Below the pieces are notes generated by a model. The model had not been told where the DNA came from, made no database searches, and saw nothing but the letters and a program-made list of their open reading frames with translations. The translations under genes and the position numbers were made by a program. From a virus (lineage: Duplodnaviria > Caudoviricetes), in the IMG/VR virus record IMGVR_UViG_3300035700_000486, positions 1 to 52,708 of that record: 52,708 nucleotides of DNA; one strand, given 5' to 3'. Of the stretch, positions 39,268 through 47,774 are shown piece after piece (the first letter of the stretch is position 1; the number at the start of each line of letters is the position of its first letter).

Positions 39268-39429
39268 TCACCCCAGCTCTTCTTCATATTTATTCAAAAG
39301 AGAATCAAGCTGGCCAACGGTTCTTTCCAGCTCTTCTTTGGCCAGCCTTTCTGATGTTCTGTTTGCTACTTTTTTGGCTTCATCAGTAAAACCTCTTAAC
39401 CTATGGTAGAATTCTTTTGATTTTTTCAT
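39268..39429 (-). CDS. Small hypothetical protein (53 aa)
   Basis: Not in ORF track; MKKSKEFYHRLRGFTDEAKK...; fills the intergenic gap. Confidence 0.5.
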   Translation of the reverse strand: MKKSKEFYHRLRGFTDEAKKVANRTSERLAKEELERTVGQLDSLLNKYEEELG

Positions 39430-39440
39430 AGCAAGCACCC

Positions 39441-40226
39441 TTAAGTTATATTATCCATATTGTCAAGATCAACATCATCTTCATTGTCGACATCAACTGT
39501 ATCGTCATTCATATAATCTTCCTGGGTAATATCCTGTTCCTGAGCAGACTTCTTAATCATTTTTCTCTGATCTCTTAACTCAAAAACTCTCTTTGGCGAA
39601 ACCTTATCTCCAATGCCAAATTTAGCAACCGCATAAGTGTAACCGTTACTTTCTTCTTCATTAAGAGTAATAATTGTTTTCTTCATTAGATCCGGAATGT
39701 TTTTGGTTACCCTGGCACTGATATAATTATCAAAATTTCTGATACTGGTAGGAGGAAGCGTTAACATTAGAGGTAATTGATACTCTTCCAGATCAAAATA
39801 CAATCTTCTCATTTCCTTACAGGCTTTACCAGCACTTTGTTCTCCAGAATCAGTTTCAGCACTTCCCCACTGATTATAAGGACATCCTGCGCACTGTCTT
39901 TCTTCTCCCGTATCAGTAACAATTCCAGTCCTGCCATCCATTGAACTACATTCAGGAACTTTTCCTCCACCAGGAGGCCAATAACCTCTGGCTTTATGTT
40001 TATAGGCAATAACTCCTTCAATTTCTTCCATTACATTATCGAAAGGATCAACAAATTTCTGTATGTCTTTATTAATTTTCAATTTAACCGGCTGTAGATC
40101 CACACCCTGAGTAGAGTTCTGTATTTCTTCCTGGTACATTTCAACTAATTGCTTTTTCTGCTCCTCATTTAATTCTTTCAGTTCTTCTTCGGAATATCCT
40201 AGTTCAGCTAAATCATTAGCCATCAT
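39441..40226 (-). CDS. Putative ssDNA-binding protein (Zn-binding, acidic tail)
   Basis: PECSS.DG, CAGCPYNQWGS, GKACKE, LPPTS; acidic C-terminal tail; recombination module context. Confidence 0.6.
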   Translation of the reverse strand: MMANDLAELGYSEEELKELNEEQKKQLVEMYQEEIQNSTQGVDLQPVKLKINKDIQKFVDPFDNVMEEIEGVIAYKHKARGYWPPGGGKVPECSSMDGRTGIVTDTGEERQCAGCPYNQWGSAETDSGEQSAGKACKEMRRLYFDLEEYQLPLMLTLPPTSIRNFDNYISARVTKNIPDLMKKTIITLNEEESNGYTYAVAKFGIGDKVSPKRVFELRDQRKMIKKSAQEQDITQEDYMNDDTVDVDNEDDVDLDNMDNIT

Positions 40227-40261
40227 CTATCATCCTTTCAAATTTATATTTTTGCTTCTTA

Positions 40262-40858
40262 TTACTCAATGCCAGCCAAAAGATTCATTCTAGCTTCCAG
40301 CATTCCGGCTACTCTCCTATAGCTTTTAAATTCATTATAAATTTTATCCAGCTCAAATTCATACTGTTCCAGTTTCTTTTCAGATTTCTTTAATGTTTTC
40401 GTGGCCTGCTGGAATTCATTATTTTCACTTTTCCATTTCTTTAATGCAGACTGCCTGGCATTTTTATTTGAATATAGTTTCTTTCCACCTTCCGTTTTTG
40501 CCTCATTAATTTCCATCATCAACATAGATTCAATTAATTCTACTTCCTGTTTGGCTTCTTCAACTTCATCTTTATAACCAGAGATAGTTTCTTTCATAGA
40601 TTCTATTTCTTCAGGAAACTCCATTAACTTACCTTTAACTTTTGAATATTCATCAGCCAAGTCAGTATATTCTTTCATTAACTTCTTCATATGTTCAGAT
40701 TTTTTTTGATTAATTTGAGATTTTTTTTGAGTAATAATATTTAATATTTTTTCAAAATCATTTTTTGTTGAAGTAATCTTTTGTTCTAATTCACCATTAA
40801 CTAAAGGCATATTATCCAAATCAGCTTTTGTATCCAAATTATCTAAATCTATAGCCAT
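40262..40858 (-). CDS. Coiled-coil hypothetical protein
   Basis: Long heptad helix; YSNKNAR motif. Confidence 0.65.
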   Translation of the reverse strand: MAIDLDNLDTKADLDNMPLVNGELEQKITSTKNDFEKILNIITQKKSQINQKKSEHMKKLMKEYTDLADEYSKVKGKLMEFPEEIESMKETISGYKDEVEEAKQEVELIESMLMMEINEAKTEGGKKLYSNKNARQSALKKWKSENNEFQQATKTLKKSEKKLEQYEFELDKIYNEFKSYRRVAGMLEARMNLLAGIE

Positions 40859-40931
40859 TTCTTTAATCCCCCTTAAATTTATGTTAAACTTAATAAAAGA
40901 ACAAACATTTTAATAAAAAAAGAAATTCAAT

Positions 40932-41117
40932 TTACTTCTGTTCAGTTGTTGCCGCAGCTGGACTTTTTTTGTGGACAGTATTCTTGATTAAAGTTTCTTC
41001 CCCATTGATCCTCTTCCAGAGATAAATTAATCTTTTCTTTTTCATCACTTTCACCTCCTGATATAATGATTGAATAAGCCGGATTTTATCCGACAATTTC
41101 ATTTTGTACACCTCCAA
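40932..41117 (-). CDS. Small hypothetical protein
   Basis: GGAGGTG RBS (probable start ~41102). Confidence 0.5.
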   Translation of the reverse strand: MEVYKMKLSDKIRLIQSLYQEVKVMKKKRLIYLWKRINGEETLIKNTVHKKSPAAATTEQK

Positions 41118-41126
41118 TTTCTTTTA

Positions 41127-41265
41127 TGAGGCAGGGGCAGGATTCGAACCTGCAGCTTCATTTAGGTGTGCTCCCAATCTAGAATATTACACTACAAAGC
41201 TGGAATTGAACCAGACTACCTTTTCAGGTGTGTTCCCTGATCTAGAATTTTTACACTACCCTGCC
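41127..41265 (-). ncRNA. tRNA-like RNA without anticodon, with duplicated D-arm/T-loop modules
   Basis: Acceptor GGCAGGG/CCCTGCC, U8A9, D stem GTGT/ACAC, canonical T arm GCAGG-TTCGAAT-CCTGC, second T-loop CTGG-TTCAATT-CCAG. Confidence 0.7.
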
Positions 41266-41301
41266 ACGTCATTAGTGGAAATGTATCAAAATATAAATAT
41301 C

Positions 41302-41451
41302 ATTCATCCCACCCCTATGCACAACACGCTCGCTTTTGACTTCTCTTGTAATCGAGAGCCATTTGAAAGGTCTAAGGTGGCGTCGAAGCTCGGGAATTTC
41401 ACCGTCTTTGCCGCTGCAGGAAGGGAGGCTTTCAACCGAAGTAGGATGAAT
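41302..41451 (-). ncRNA. ~150-nt GC-rich structured RNA candidate
   Basis: 14-bp closing stem ATTCATCCTACTTC/GGGGTGGGATGAAT (G-U pairs on minus strand), inner TTGAAAG/CTTTCAA stem; GC island in AT-rich DNA. Confidence 0.55.
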
Positions 41452-41470
41452 TATTTAGCTGTCAAAGATC
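41452..41470 (-). promoter_or_regulatory. boxA-like antitermination/processing sequence
   Basis: GATCTTTGACAGCTAAATA resembles the Firmicute rRNA-leader TTCTTTGAAAACT(G/A)AA motif. Confidence 0.5.
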
Positions 41471-41573
41471 TACGTTATATTTAATAAATGTTATTAATTT
41501 CTGTTAAAAAAATATAATAAAATTGTTATAAAAGGTGTGAAAATTATCTATGTATAACCACACCTTGAGCGGA

Positions 41574-41783
41574 TCAGGCCGTTTCTTCGACCTGGTCCGG
41601 GGTTTCACCGGTGCACTCCCTTGCGGTGTTCTCCGATTCCTGTAGTTCCTTTATTTTTGCTTTTTGCGCTCTCCTGTAACCTACAGCTATAATTCCAATG
41701 AAATCATCCCAGCGTTTTTTCAGATCAGAACTCATTTCATCAAAGTTAAGTTTTGGCGTTTTTTCGGTTGCTTTACTCAACAT
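41574..41783 (-). CDS. Small hypothetical protein
   Basis: AGGGAG RBS. Confidence 0.55.
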   Translation of the reverse strand: MLSKATEKTPKLNFDEMSSDLKKRWDDFIGIIAVGYRRAQKAKIKELQESENTARECTGETPDQVEETA

Positions 41784-41802
41784 TAATCATCTCCCTGATG
41801 TT

Positions 41803-42606
41803 TTAATCAATATTGTCGCTTTCAATAAATAGATCTTCTCCATATTTGGGAAAAGCTTTTAATAATTTCTTTCTGGATGTTTTACCAGTTGCAGAATGCC
41901 AATCAAGTAATCTCCAAAGATGATTGCGGGAAATCCCTATATAATCTGCCATTTCTGACTTAGACCATCTTCTATTCTTAGTAATTTTCTCTAATAATCT
42001 TGAATTAACATAAATTTGTTTTGAGTTATTAGATATAATTTCATCTTCAGTCATATTAATTTCATCAAGATCCACAGGGATATTAACACCAGCTTTTTCA
42101 AATATTGATTTTGCTGTATTAAGTTTTGCCTCTTTGGTAGCTGCAATTTCATCTAAAGTTTTCTTAATTTCTTTAAAAGTTTTAAGAGCTAGTTTAGGAG
42201 TAAATTCAGACTTGTTTTTCTCCATATTCAAAAGATAAGTTCTAACTTTCTTTGCTATTGGACTATCTCTCAAAAGCATTCCTATTCTTAGGAGTGCTTT
42301 TCTGGGAATGATTGTTAATTTAGATGCATATTTAAGGGTAGTTGGGTTTTCCAACTTGCCTTTAAATTTTTCTAATTCTTTATTCTTTAAAATCTTTAAA
42401 CCATCAGATTTTAATTCATTTTTGTGTTCACTAATTGTAGATTTGATAGTTCCTTCAGGCACTTCATAAAAATTTGCTGATTGATTTACTGTAACAATAA
42501 AATTATCAGTCAAATATTGAATAGATTTCACCTTATCTAAAACCTCAATATTTTTTATTTTTTCTTCTCTGAGTGTACGACTTTCAACTAAAGCTAGATC
42601 ATTCAT
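41803..42606 (-). CDS. Antirepressor-like DNA-binding protein with C-terminal HTH
   Basis: ANFYEV...LLRIGMLLRDSPIAKKVRTYLL N-domain; WSKSEMADYIGISRNHLWRL HTH; downstream of cro. Confidence 0.65.
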   Translation of the reverse strand: MNDLALVESRTLREEKIKNIEVLDKVKSIQYLTDNFIVTVNQSANFYEVPEGTIKSTISEHKNELKSDGLKILKNKELEKFKGKLENPTTLKYASKLTIIPRKALLRIGMLLRDSPIAKKVRTYLLNMEKNKSEFTPKLALKTFKEIKKTLDEIAATKEAKLNTAKSIFEKAGVNIPVDLDEINMTEDEIISNNSKQIYVNSRLLEKITKNRRWSKSEMADYIGISRNHLWRLLDWHSATGKTSRKKLLKAFPKYGEDLFIESDNID

Positions 42607-42757
42607 TTTGATTTTCCTTCTGAAATTTAAGAGATCCTATTATTTTGGCATTTTTTATTTTGTTTAATTCTTTAAAAACTAACTTTAAATTGTTCTCAAG
42701 TTCTTCAATTCTTTCAGAATTATCTTCAACAATATCTTTTAATTTTTTTTGAGACAT
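42599..42757 (-). CDS. Small hypothetical protein (52 aa)
   Basis: Not in ORF track; AAGGAG RBS; MSQKKLKDIVEDNSERIEELE...; stop overlaps next start. Confidence 0.5.
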   Translation of the reverse strand: MSQKKLKDIVEDNSERIEELENNLKLVFKELNKIKNAKIIGSLKFQKENQNE

Positions 42758-42807
42758 ATTTTTTCTCCTTTTTTTTGTAGTCTGACAGTATACATTTAAA
42801 TAAAAAA

Positions 42808-43014
42808 TTATATAAAAGATGTAATTGCTTCAGCTCCCAATATATCCTTAATTTTTCTCAGATATTTTGGACTCGGATTCTTTCTTTTTCCAGTTTCTAA
42901 TTTAGCAATATATATTCTGCTACACCCTATCTTCTCTGCTAATTCACTTTGCGTAATATCCTTTTCAATACGAGCTCTTTTTAAAGAGTTTGATGTTTTT
43001 GAGATACTTTCCAT
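42808..43014 (-). CDS. Cro-like XRE HTH regulator
   Basis: LKRARIEKDITQSELAEKIGCSRIYIAKLETG; divergent from repressor; GGAGGTG RBS favours ATG at 43014. Confidence 0.85.
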   Translation of the reverse strand: MESISKTSNSLKRARIEKDITQSELAEKIGCSRIYIAKLETGKRKNPSPKYLRKIKDILGAEAITSFI

Positions 43015-43052
43015 TCTGAAAATCACCTCCACTTTTTCATCTTGCATTTATA

Positions 43053-43081
43053 ATTATAGTTTACTGTGAGTATAAATGCAA
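43053..43081 (-). promoter_or_regulatory. Lytic (Cro) sigmaA promoter
   Basis: TTGCAT-17 bp-TATAAT; the spacer is an operator repeat. Confidence 0.75.
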
Positions 43082-43283
43082 ACATATTGTATACCTATAG
43101 TCACCTTTTGTATTGGTTTAGCTCTAAATTTCTCCAGTTTACTATAAATTTCTTATAAATAATACTGTCAGTAAACAGGAACATGTATACTAATAGTGAA
43201 TAACTATAATATAAACTTTGAAAATTTTACCTGTAGTATATTCGACATCTTAATGATAAAATAAGAATAAAAGGAGGAACTTT

Positions 43284-43676
43284 ATGGTCAGATTAGGAGA
43301 CAGGCTAGCTAAAGCAAGGGGAAAAACTGGTTTATCTTTAAGGAAGGTGAGCGATAAGTTAAAAAAAAGAGATATAGATGTTTCTCATTCTTATTTATCT
43401 CATTTGGAAAATAATAGAAGGAAAAATCCGAACCTGGATTTATTAAGAGAGTTAGCTGACATTTATAATGTAAGTGTCTCGTATTTTGTGGCTCCTGAAA
43501 AGACATTGGAATCACTTTCCTCTGAGGAAAAAGCATACCTGGAAGATATATTGAAAAATGATAAAATGAAAGCGTTATTAAGAGAAGCTCGAGGATTAAC
43601 TCCCAATGATTTAGTAAGGGTTATTCAAATAGCGAAATCATGGAATGAAGATTCGAATAATAACAACGTGGAATAA
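43284..43676 (+). CDS. CI/ImmR-like XRE repressor
   Basis: GLSLRKVS...VSHSYLSHLENN...P...LADIYNVS HTH; followed by ImmA. Confidence 0.9.
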   Translation: MVRLGDRLAKARGKTGLSLRKVSDKLKKRDIDVSHSYLSHLENNRRKNPNLDLLRELADIYNVSVSYFVAPEKTLESLSSEEKAYLEDILKNDKMKALLREARGLTPNDLVRVIQIAKSWNEDSNNNNVE

Positions 43677-43701
43677 CATAGGGGAGGTTTAGTTTTATTA
43701 T

Positions 43702-44217
43702 ATGAAAAAAATAAAAAAAGCTGAGATGGAAGCTAGAAAATTTTTAAGAAAGAATAAACTTTCTATTCCGTTCAAAATAAAAAAGGCTATTAAAATTTTG
43801 AGCATAACTTTATATTCGGACAAAAAATTTGAAAAATTACCGGCCATGACTACTACTAATGATCAGGGACAGAAATTAATCGTTGTAAATAATAATATTT
43901 CTAAAACACAACAAAGGTTTAGCATCTGTCATGAAATAGCTCATATAATACTTGGCCATCAAGGTTCTTTTCATTTTTTAACTTCTTCTAAAAAAAATAA
44001 ATCATTAAATGAAAAATGTGCGGATGCTTTTGCCAGTGAATTATTAGTCCCTAGCCATAAATTAACTAAGATTGCATATCAACATAATTTTGATATAAAA
44101 AAATTGAAAAAGATTTTTAAAGTTTCAGAATATGCCATGGTTGTAAAAATGAAAATAGTCGGTCTGCCTATTAAGAATACTTTCTATAAAAATAGGCAAA
44201 AAAATTTGTCCGTGTAG
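43702..44217 (+). CDS. ImmA/IrrE-family metallopeptidase (anti-repressor protease)
   Basis: QRFSICHEIAH (HExxH), EKCADAFASELLVP. Confidence 0.9.
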   Translation: MKKIKKAEMEARKFLRKNKLSIPFKIKKAIKILSITLYSDKKFEKLPAMTTTNDQGQKLIVVNNNISKTQQRFSICHEIAHIILGHQGSFHFLTSSKKNKSLNEKCADAFASELLVPSHKLTKIAYQHNFDIKKLKKIFKVSEYAMVVKMKIVGLPIKNTFYKNRQKNLSV

Positions 44218-44283
44218 CAAACAAGCGTACGAAGTTTGTCGATATATGGTGGTTCTGTTTAATGTTTTTTCACTTATGTATAC

Positions 44284-44312
44284 TTTACATATCAATTGGT
44301 TATTTATATAAT
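44284..44312 (+). promoter_or_regulatory. sigmaA promoter for lipoprotein/integrase
   Basis: TTTACA-17 bp-TATAAT. Confidence 0.65.
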
Positions 44313-44343
44313 TGAATTAAATTAAATTTTAGGAGGCAATAAA

Positions 44344-45141
44344 ATGAAAAAATATTTTGTTACGTTTCTAACTGTTTTTGTTTTAATTGGTTTATTGTCG
44401 GGATGTAAAAGTGTTGCAAACTTAAATGTAGGTGTTCAAGATAGAGATTCAGCTGAATTTATATTATCTAAAGATGGTAAAAAGATTACTAAACAGGGTA
44501 AAATAGTTACTTTTTCAAGTTTACCTCTGAATACTAAATACCATTTAAAAATTATTTCTGGCAATAAAACGAAGGAATTTGACATACCTTTAACAGGTGA
44601 TTATAGTATCCTCGTCAACATTTCAAATCAAGTAAAAAAGATAAAAGCATATAGTGATATTAATTTTGGGGATACAAGAAAAGAAGTTAATGAAAAATTG
44701 AAGAATATTAAAAATATATCATATAATTCTTTGAATATTTCAGGTAAAACTTTTGATGTTTCTTTTTATTATTATAAAGGATTCCTTTATAAAATAAGAT
44801 TTCAAGGTAAATCAAAAAATGCTAACTATATTGATACTAAAATAAAAGAAGAAGTTAATTTGCTTGCGGATATGATAAGAAGACAGTATGGTTCTCCTTC
44901 AATAACTAATTACCTAAATATTTTAGATTTGCATTCAGAATATGTTACATTCAGTCATACTTGGAAACCCGAAAATTTGCCCTCCAATAAAAAAACAATT
45001 AATATAGGCATTGGAGAAAATGAAGAAAGTACATTTTATTCTGCAATGTTTATTCGGTATTTGCCATTTGTAAATGCAAAAAAACAAGAAACTCAGAAAA
45101 AGGAATCTCAAACTATAAAAAAAGAATCAATTAAATTTTAG
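44344..45141 (+). CDS. Lipoprotein in lysogeny module (superinfection-exclusion candidate)
   Basis: Signal peptide with lipobox LLSG-C; position between ImmA and integrase. Confidence 0.7.
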   Translation: MKKYFVTFLTVFVLIGLLSGCKSVANLNVGVQDRDSAEFILSKDGKKITKQGKIVTFSSLPLNTKYHLKIISGNKTKEFDIPLTGDYSILVNISNQVKKIKAYSDINFGDTRKEVNEKLKNIKNISYNSLNISGKTFDVSFYYYKGFLYKIRFQGKSKNANYIDTKIKEEVNLLADMIRRQYGSPSITNYLNILDLHSEYVTFSHTWKPENLPSNKKTINIGIGENEESTFYSAMFIRYLPFVNAKKQETQKKESQTIKKESIKF

Positions 45142-45174
45142 TTTTTAAAATAAAATAAATAAGGAGGTTACTTC

Positions 45175-46677
45175 ATGCCAGCAAATCCTAAAAAAGGCGT
45201 TTCATACATCAGAGTATCAAAAAAACGTGATAATATGCTAACAGTAGATACCCAGAAAGATAAAATGGGAAAATTCTGCGAACTGCATGATATTAAACTA
45301 ATAGATACTTACCAGGATATTGATTTTTCCGGACGTACCGGCAACAGACCAGCCTTTCAAAAATTGCTTTCTGACATAGAAAATGAAATCATCAATCCAA
45401 ATTATTTTTTAGTATATAAAGTGGACAGGTTTTCAAGAACTGCTAAAGAATTCTATAAATTCATGACTAAGCTGGAAGATAATAATGTGGATTTAATCTC
45501 TATTACCCAGCATTTTGACACTTCTACTCCTATTGGAAGAGCTATGATGGGTATATTAATCCAGTTTGCTCAATTTGAATCAGATATGACCGGCCAGAGG
45601 ATTAAGGATAATCTACAAAACAATGCTGAAAAAGGAAGATGGAATGGTGGGAATGTGCCTTACGGATATATTTGGGATGAGGAAGAAAAATTATTAAAAC
45701 CGGATCCAGAAGAATCAGAAATAGTAAAAAGAATATTTAAAATGTATACCAGGGGGCACGGAAGCAGTACTATAATTCAATATTTAGAAGAAAAGAGTAT
45801 AGTTTCCCCTTCCGGGAATAACAAATGGGACCGTACTACTATATCCTATCTAATAAGAAATCCATTGTATCTAGGTAAAATTAAGTATGATAATGAAGTA
45901 TATAACGGACAGCATGAAGCTATTATTGGGGAGGACGCCTTTAAACAAGCTAATAAAATACTTGATAATTATGCAGAATCAAACACTACTGAATCAACTT
46001 ATTTACTTAGTGGATTAACTGAATGTGGAGCATGTGGTCAATATGGATTTAATACTTTTTTTGGCTCAGGAAAATATCGTAGTAGAAGATATGTCTGCAG
46101 CCGTAGAGGAAGAAACTCCAAAAAAGAATGTTCAATGGCTGCTTATGATGCAGAATCCCTGGAAGAAAAAGTTTGTGATGAAATATTTTCTCTATCAAAT
46201 AATGAAAGTTTTTTTGAAAAACTAAAAAATAAATTAAACTCAACAGATAGAAAGAAAATAAATAATCTTGAACAGAAGGAAAAATATTTGAAAAAGAAAA
46301 TAAATAAATTGGATAAAACTTTATCTAAAATGTTTGCAGATCATTATGAAAAAGAAATCATTCCTGAAAATCAATTTATTAAGTTCTCTAAAAAATATGA
46401 AGATCAAAAAGAAAAAATAGTGGCCAGTTTAGAAAATATCAGAACAGCAATAGAAGATCAAAATTTAAGAGAAGAAAACATTAATATAATAAAAGAATCG
46501 ATTTCAACTCTTAAAGAAAGCTGGGATTATTTAAGCTGTCAGGAAAAAAATCAAGCATTGAAGAGAGTAGTTGATAAAGTTATCCTATATAAAGATAAAA
46601 TTGAAATTGATCTTTTTTATACAAAAATAAAAATCAACGATATCAGTAAAAAAAGAAAAGTACGCTACCTTGCTTGA
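45175..46677 (+). CDS. Large serine integrase
   Basis: YIRVS catalytic Ser, DRFSR, PYGY recombinase domain, LSGLTECGACG...YVC...C zinc ribbon, coiled coil. Confidence 0.95.
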   Translation: MPANPKKGVSYIRVSKKRDNMLTVDTQKDKMGKFCELHDIKLIDTYQDIDFSGRTGNRPAFQKLLSDIENEIINPNYFLVYKVDRFSRTAKEFYKFMTKLEDNNVDLISITQHFDTSTPIGRAMMGILIQFAQFESDMTGQRIKDNLQNNAEKGRWNGGNVPYGYIWDEEEKLLKPDPEESEIVKRIFKMYTRGHGSSTIIQYLEEKSIVSPSGNNKWDRTTISYLIRNPLYLGKIKYDNEVYNGQHEAIIGEDAFKQANKILDNYAESNTTESTYLLSGLTECGACGQYGFNTFFGSGKYRSRRYVCSRRGRNSKKECSMAAYDAESLEEKVCDEIFSLSNNESFFEKLKNKLNSTDRKKINNLEQKEKYLKKKINKLDKTLSKMFADHYEKEIIPENQFIKFSKKYEDQKEKIVASLENIRTAIEDQNLREENINIIKESISTLKESWDYLSCQEKNQALKRVVDKVILYKDKIEIDLFYTKIKINDISKKRKVRYLA

Positions 46678-46709
46678 TATATAAGTGTTTTCAGCAATAG
46701 AATATTTCC

Positions 46710-46753
46710 GGACATAGTGAGGAAGTCGCTGGTGCGACTTCCTCACTATGTCC
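46710..46753. repeat. Perfect 20-bp inverted repeat, candidate attP
   Basis: GGACATAGTGAGGAAGTCGC-TGGT-GCGACTTCCTCACTATGTCC, 32 bp after integrase stop, no U-tract on either side. Confidence 0.6.
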
Positions 46754-46795
46754 ATACAAATACTGGTATTTTTATTGAGCTTTCATTAATTATTT

Positions 46796-46872
46796 CTGGC
46801 TATAGCGCAGCTTGGTAGCGCGCTTGCTTCGGGAGCAAGAGGTCCTCGGTTCAAATCCGAGTAGCCAGACCA
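46796..46872 (+). tRNA. tRNA-Pro(CGG)
   Basis: Acceptor CTGGCTA/TAGCCAG, anticodon arm CTTGC-TTCGGGA-GCAAG, T arm CTCGG-TTCAAAT-CCGAG, encoded CCA. Confidence 0.93.
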
Positions 46873-47084
46873 TTTTTTTATCCCTATAATTTTATTTTTA
46901 TATTTTATCAATTACTTTTGTGAGTTCTGCTAAAATAATAACAATATATTCAATATATAATATAATAAACAATAATATAATACATACGATAGTATTTTAG
47001 CATTTAATGATTTGAGAAATGGTTGACATGACAGTCAGAACTCGACCACATATAATCAACTCCATTTGATGTTCATTTGATGGT

Positions 47085-47771
47085 CTATTCGACTACCTGT
47101 TTAACGGGTTTACTTAAAAAATCTATAACTTTTAATATTTTTTCTGGGCTCTGTTCAATATAAATCGGCTGTAAATTTGTTCTCTGAACTTCATCTATCC
47201 ATTCATATAATATATCTGTTCTTTTGGAATGCCAGACTACATAATTACATTTTAGATTGTTCTGCCTATACTCCCTCTCATAATCTTTCCATTTGTTTTG
47301 AATAAATTCTTTGTTTTCCCCTCCTGATAAATCTATCTCTAGACAAAAAGAGACATCATAATTTATATAAGCATCTGGCCTAATATTTCCTAACTCTTTT
47401 TCTAACTCAAACCCGTTTATCTCAATAATATCACGGCATTTTAGTTCAATTATTAATTGATTGACTTTGAGTCTGTGTGGCGCTTTAAGCTGTGAAAATC
47501 GAGGTCTGAGAGCTTCCTGACCTGTATCTTGCTTAAATAATTTCTTACCTTTGGCTGACACTCTAAATATTGGAGTTTGTTTACGGCTGTTTCTATGCGA
47601 TAGATAATCACGATCTATATAATTTTTATCCAGCAAAGACTCCCTAATCCTTCTTTGAGCCATATCATAAGATGGAAATTCCAACTGCTGTATCTGAGAG
47701 TGAGAAAGCCAACCATGATAACCTAAATGGTATACGACCCTTCTATCTCTAGGCCTGAACTCAGAAGGCAT
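47085..47771 (-). CDS. Replication-relaxation family protein
   Basis: N-terminal wHTH, H..KVN, RPDAY...CLEIDL...K..DY PD-(D/E)xK-like pattern; follows FtsK gene. Confidence 0.75.
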   Translation of the reverse strand: MPSEFRPRDRRVVYHLGYHGWLSHSQIQQLEFPSYDMAQRRIRESLLDKNYIDRDYLSHRNSRKQTPIFRVSAKGKKLFKQDTGQEALRPRFSQLKAPHRLKVNQLIIELKCRDIIEINGFELEKELGNIRPDAYINYDVSFCLEIDLSGGENKEFIQNKWKDYEREYRQNNLKCNYVVWHSKRTDILYEWIDEVQRTNLQPIYIEQSPEKILKVIDFLSKPVKQVVE

Positions 47772-47774
47772 TTA

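Larger units (their letters stand above)
42782..43240. promoter_or_regulatory. About six repressor/Cro operator sites, consensus TT(T/C)ACTRNNAGTATA(C)
   Basis: Copies near 42782, 43059, 43087(rc), 43162(rc), 43183(rc), 43225. Confidence 0.65.

Noticed and set aside
41127-41265. Functional tRNA, intron-containing tRNA or tmRNA
   Set aside because: No 7-nt anticodon loop, no encoded CCA, no group I core or tag ORF; the extra sequence is a duplicated D/T module
41104-41484. 126-aa plus-strand ORF
   Set aside because: Antisense to the operon; AGAGFEPA is the typical translation of a reverse tRNA T-arm; explained by the RNA elements
46704-46733. Arm reads SGHSEEVA, like an HD-GYP gene fragment (possible attB hint)
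   Set aside because: Too short to distinguish from coincidence without a search
46710-46753. Protelomerase (telRL) site or intrinsic terminator
   Set aside because: No protelomerase gene, the palindrome has a 4-nt non-palindromic centre, and there is no U-tract
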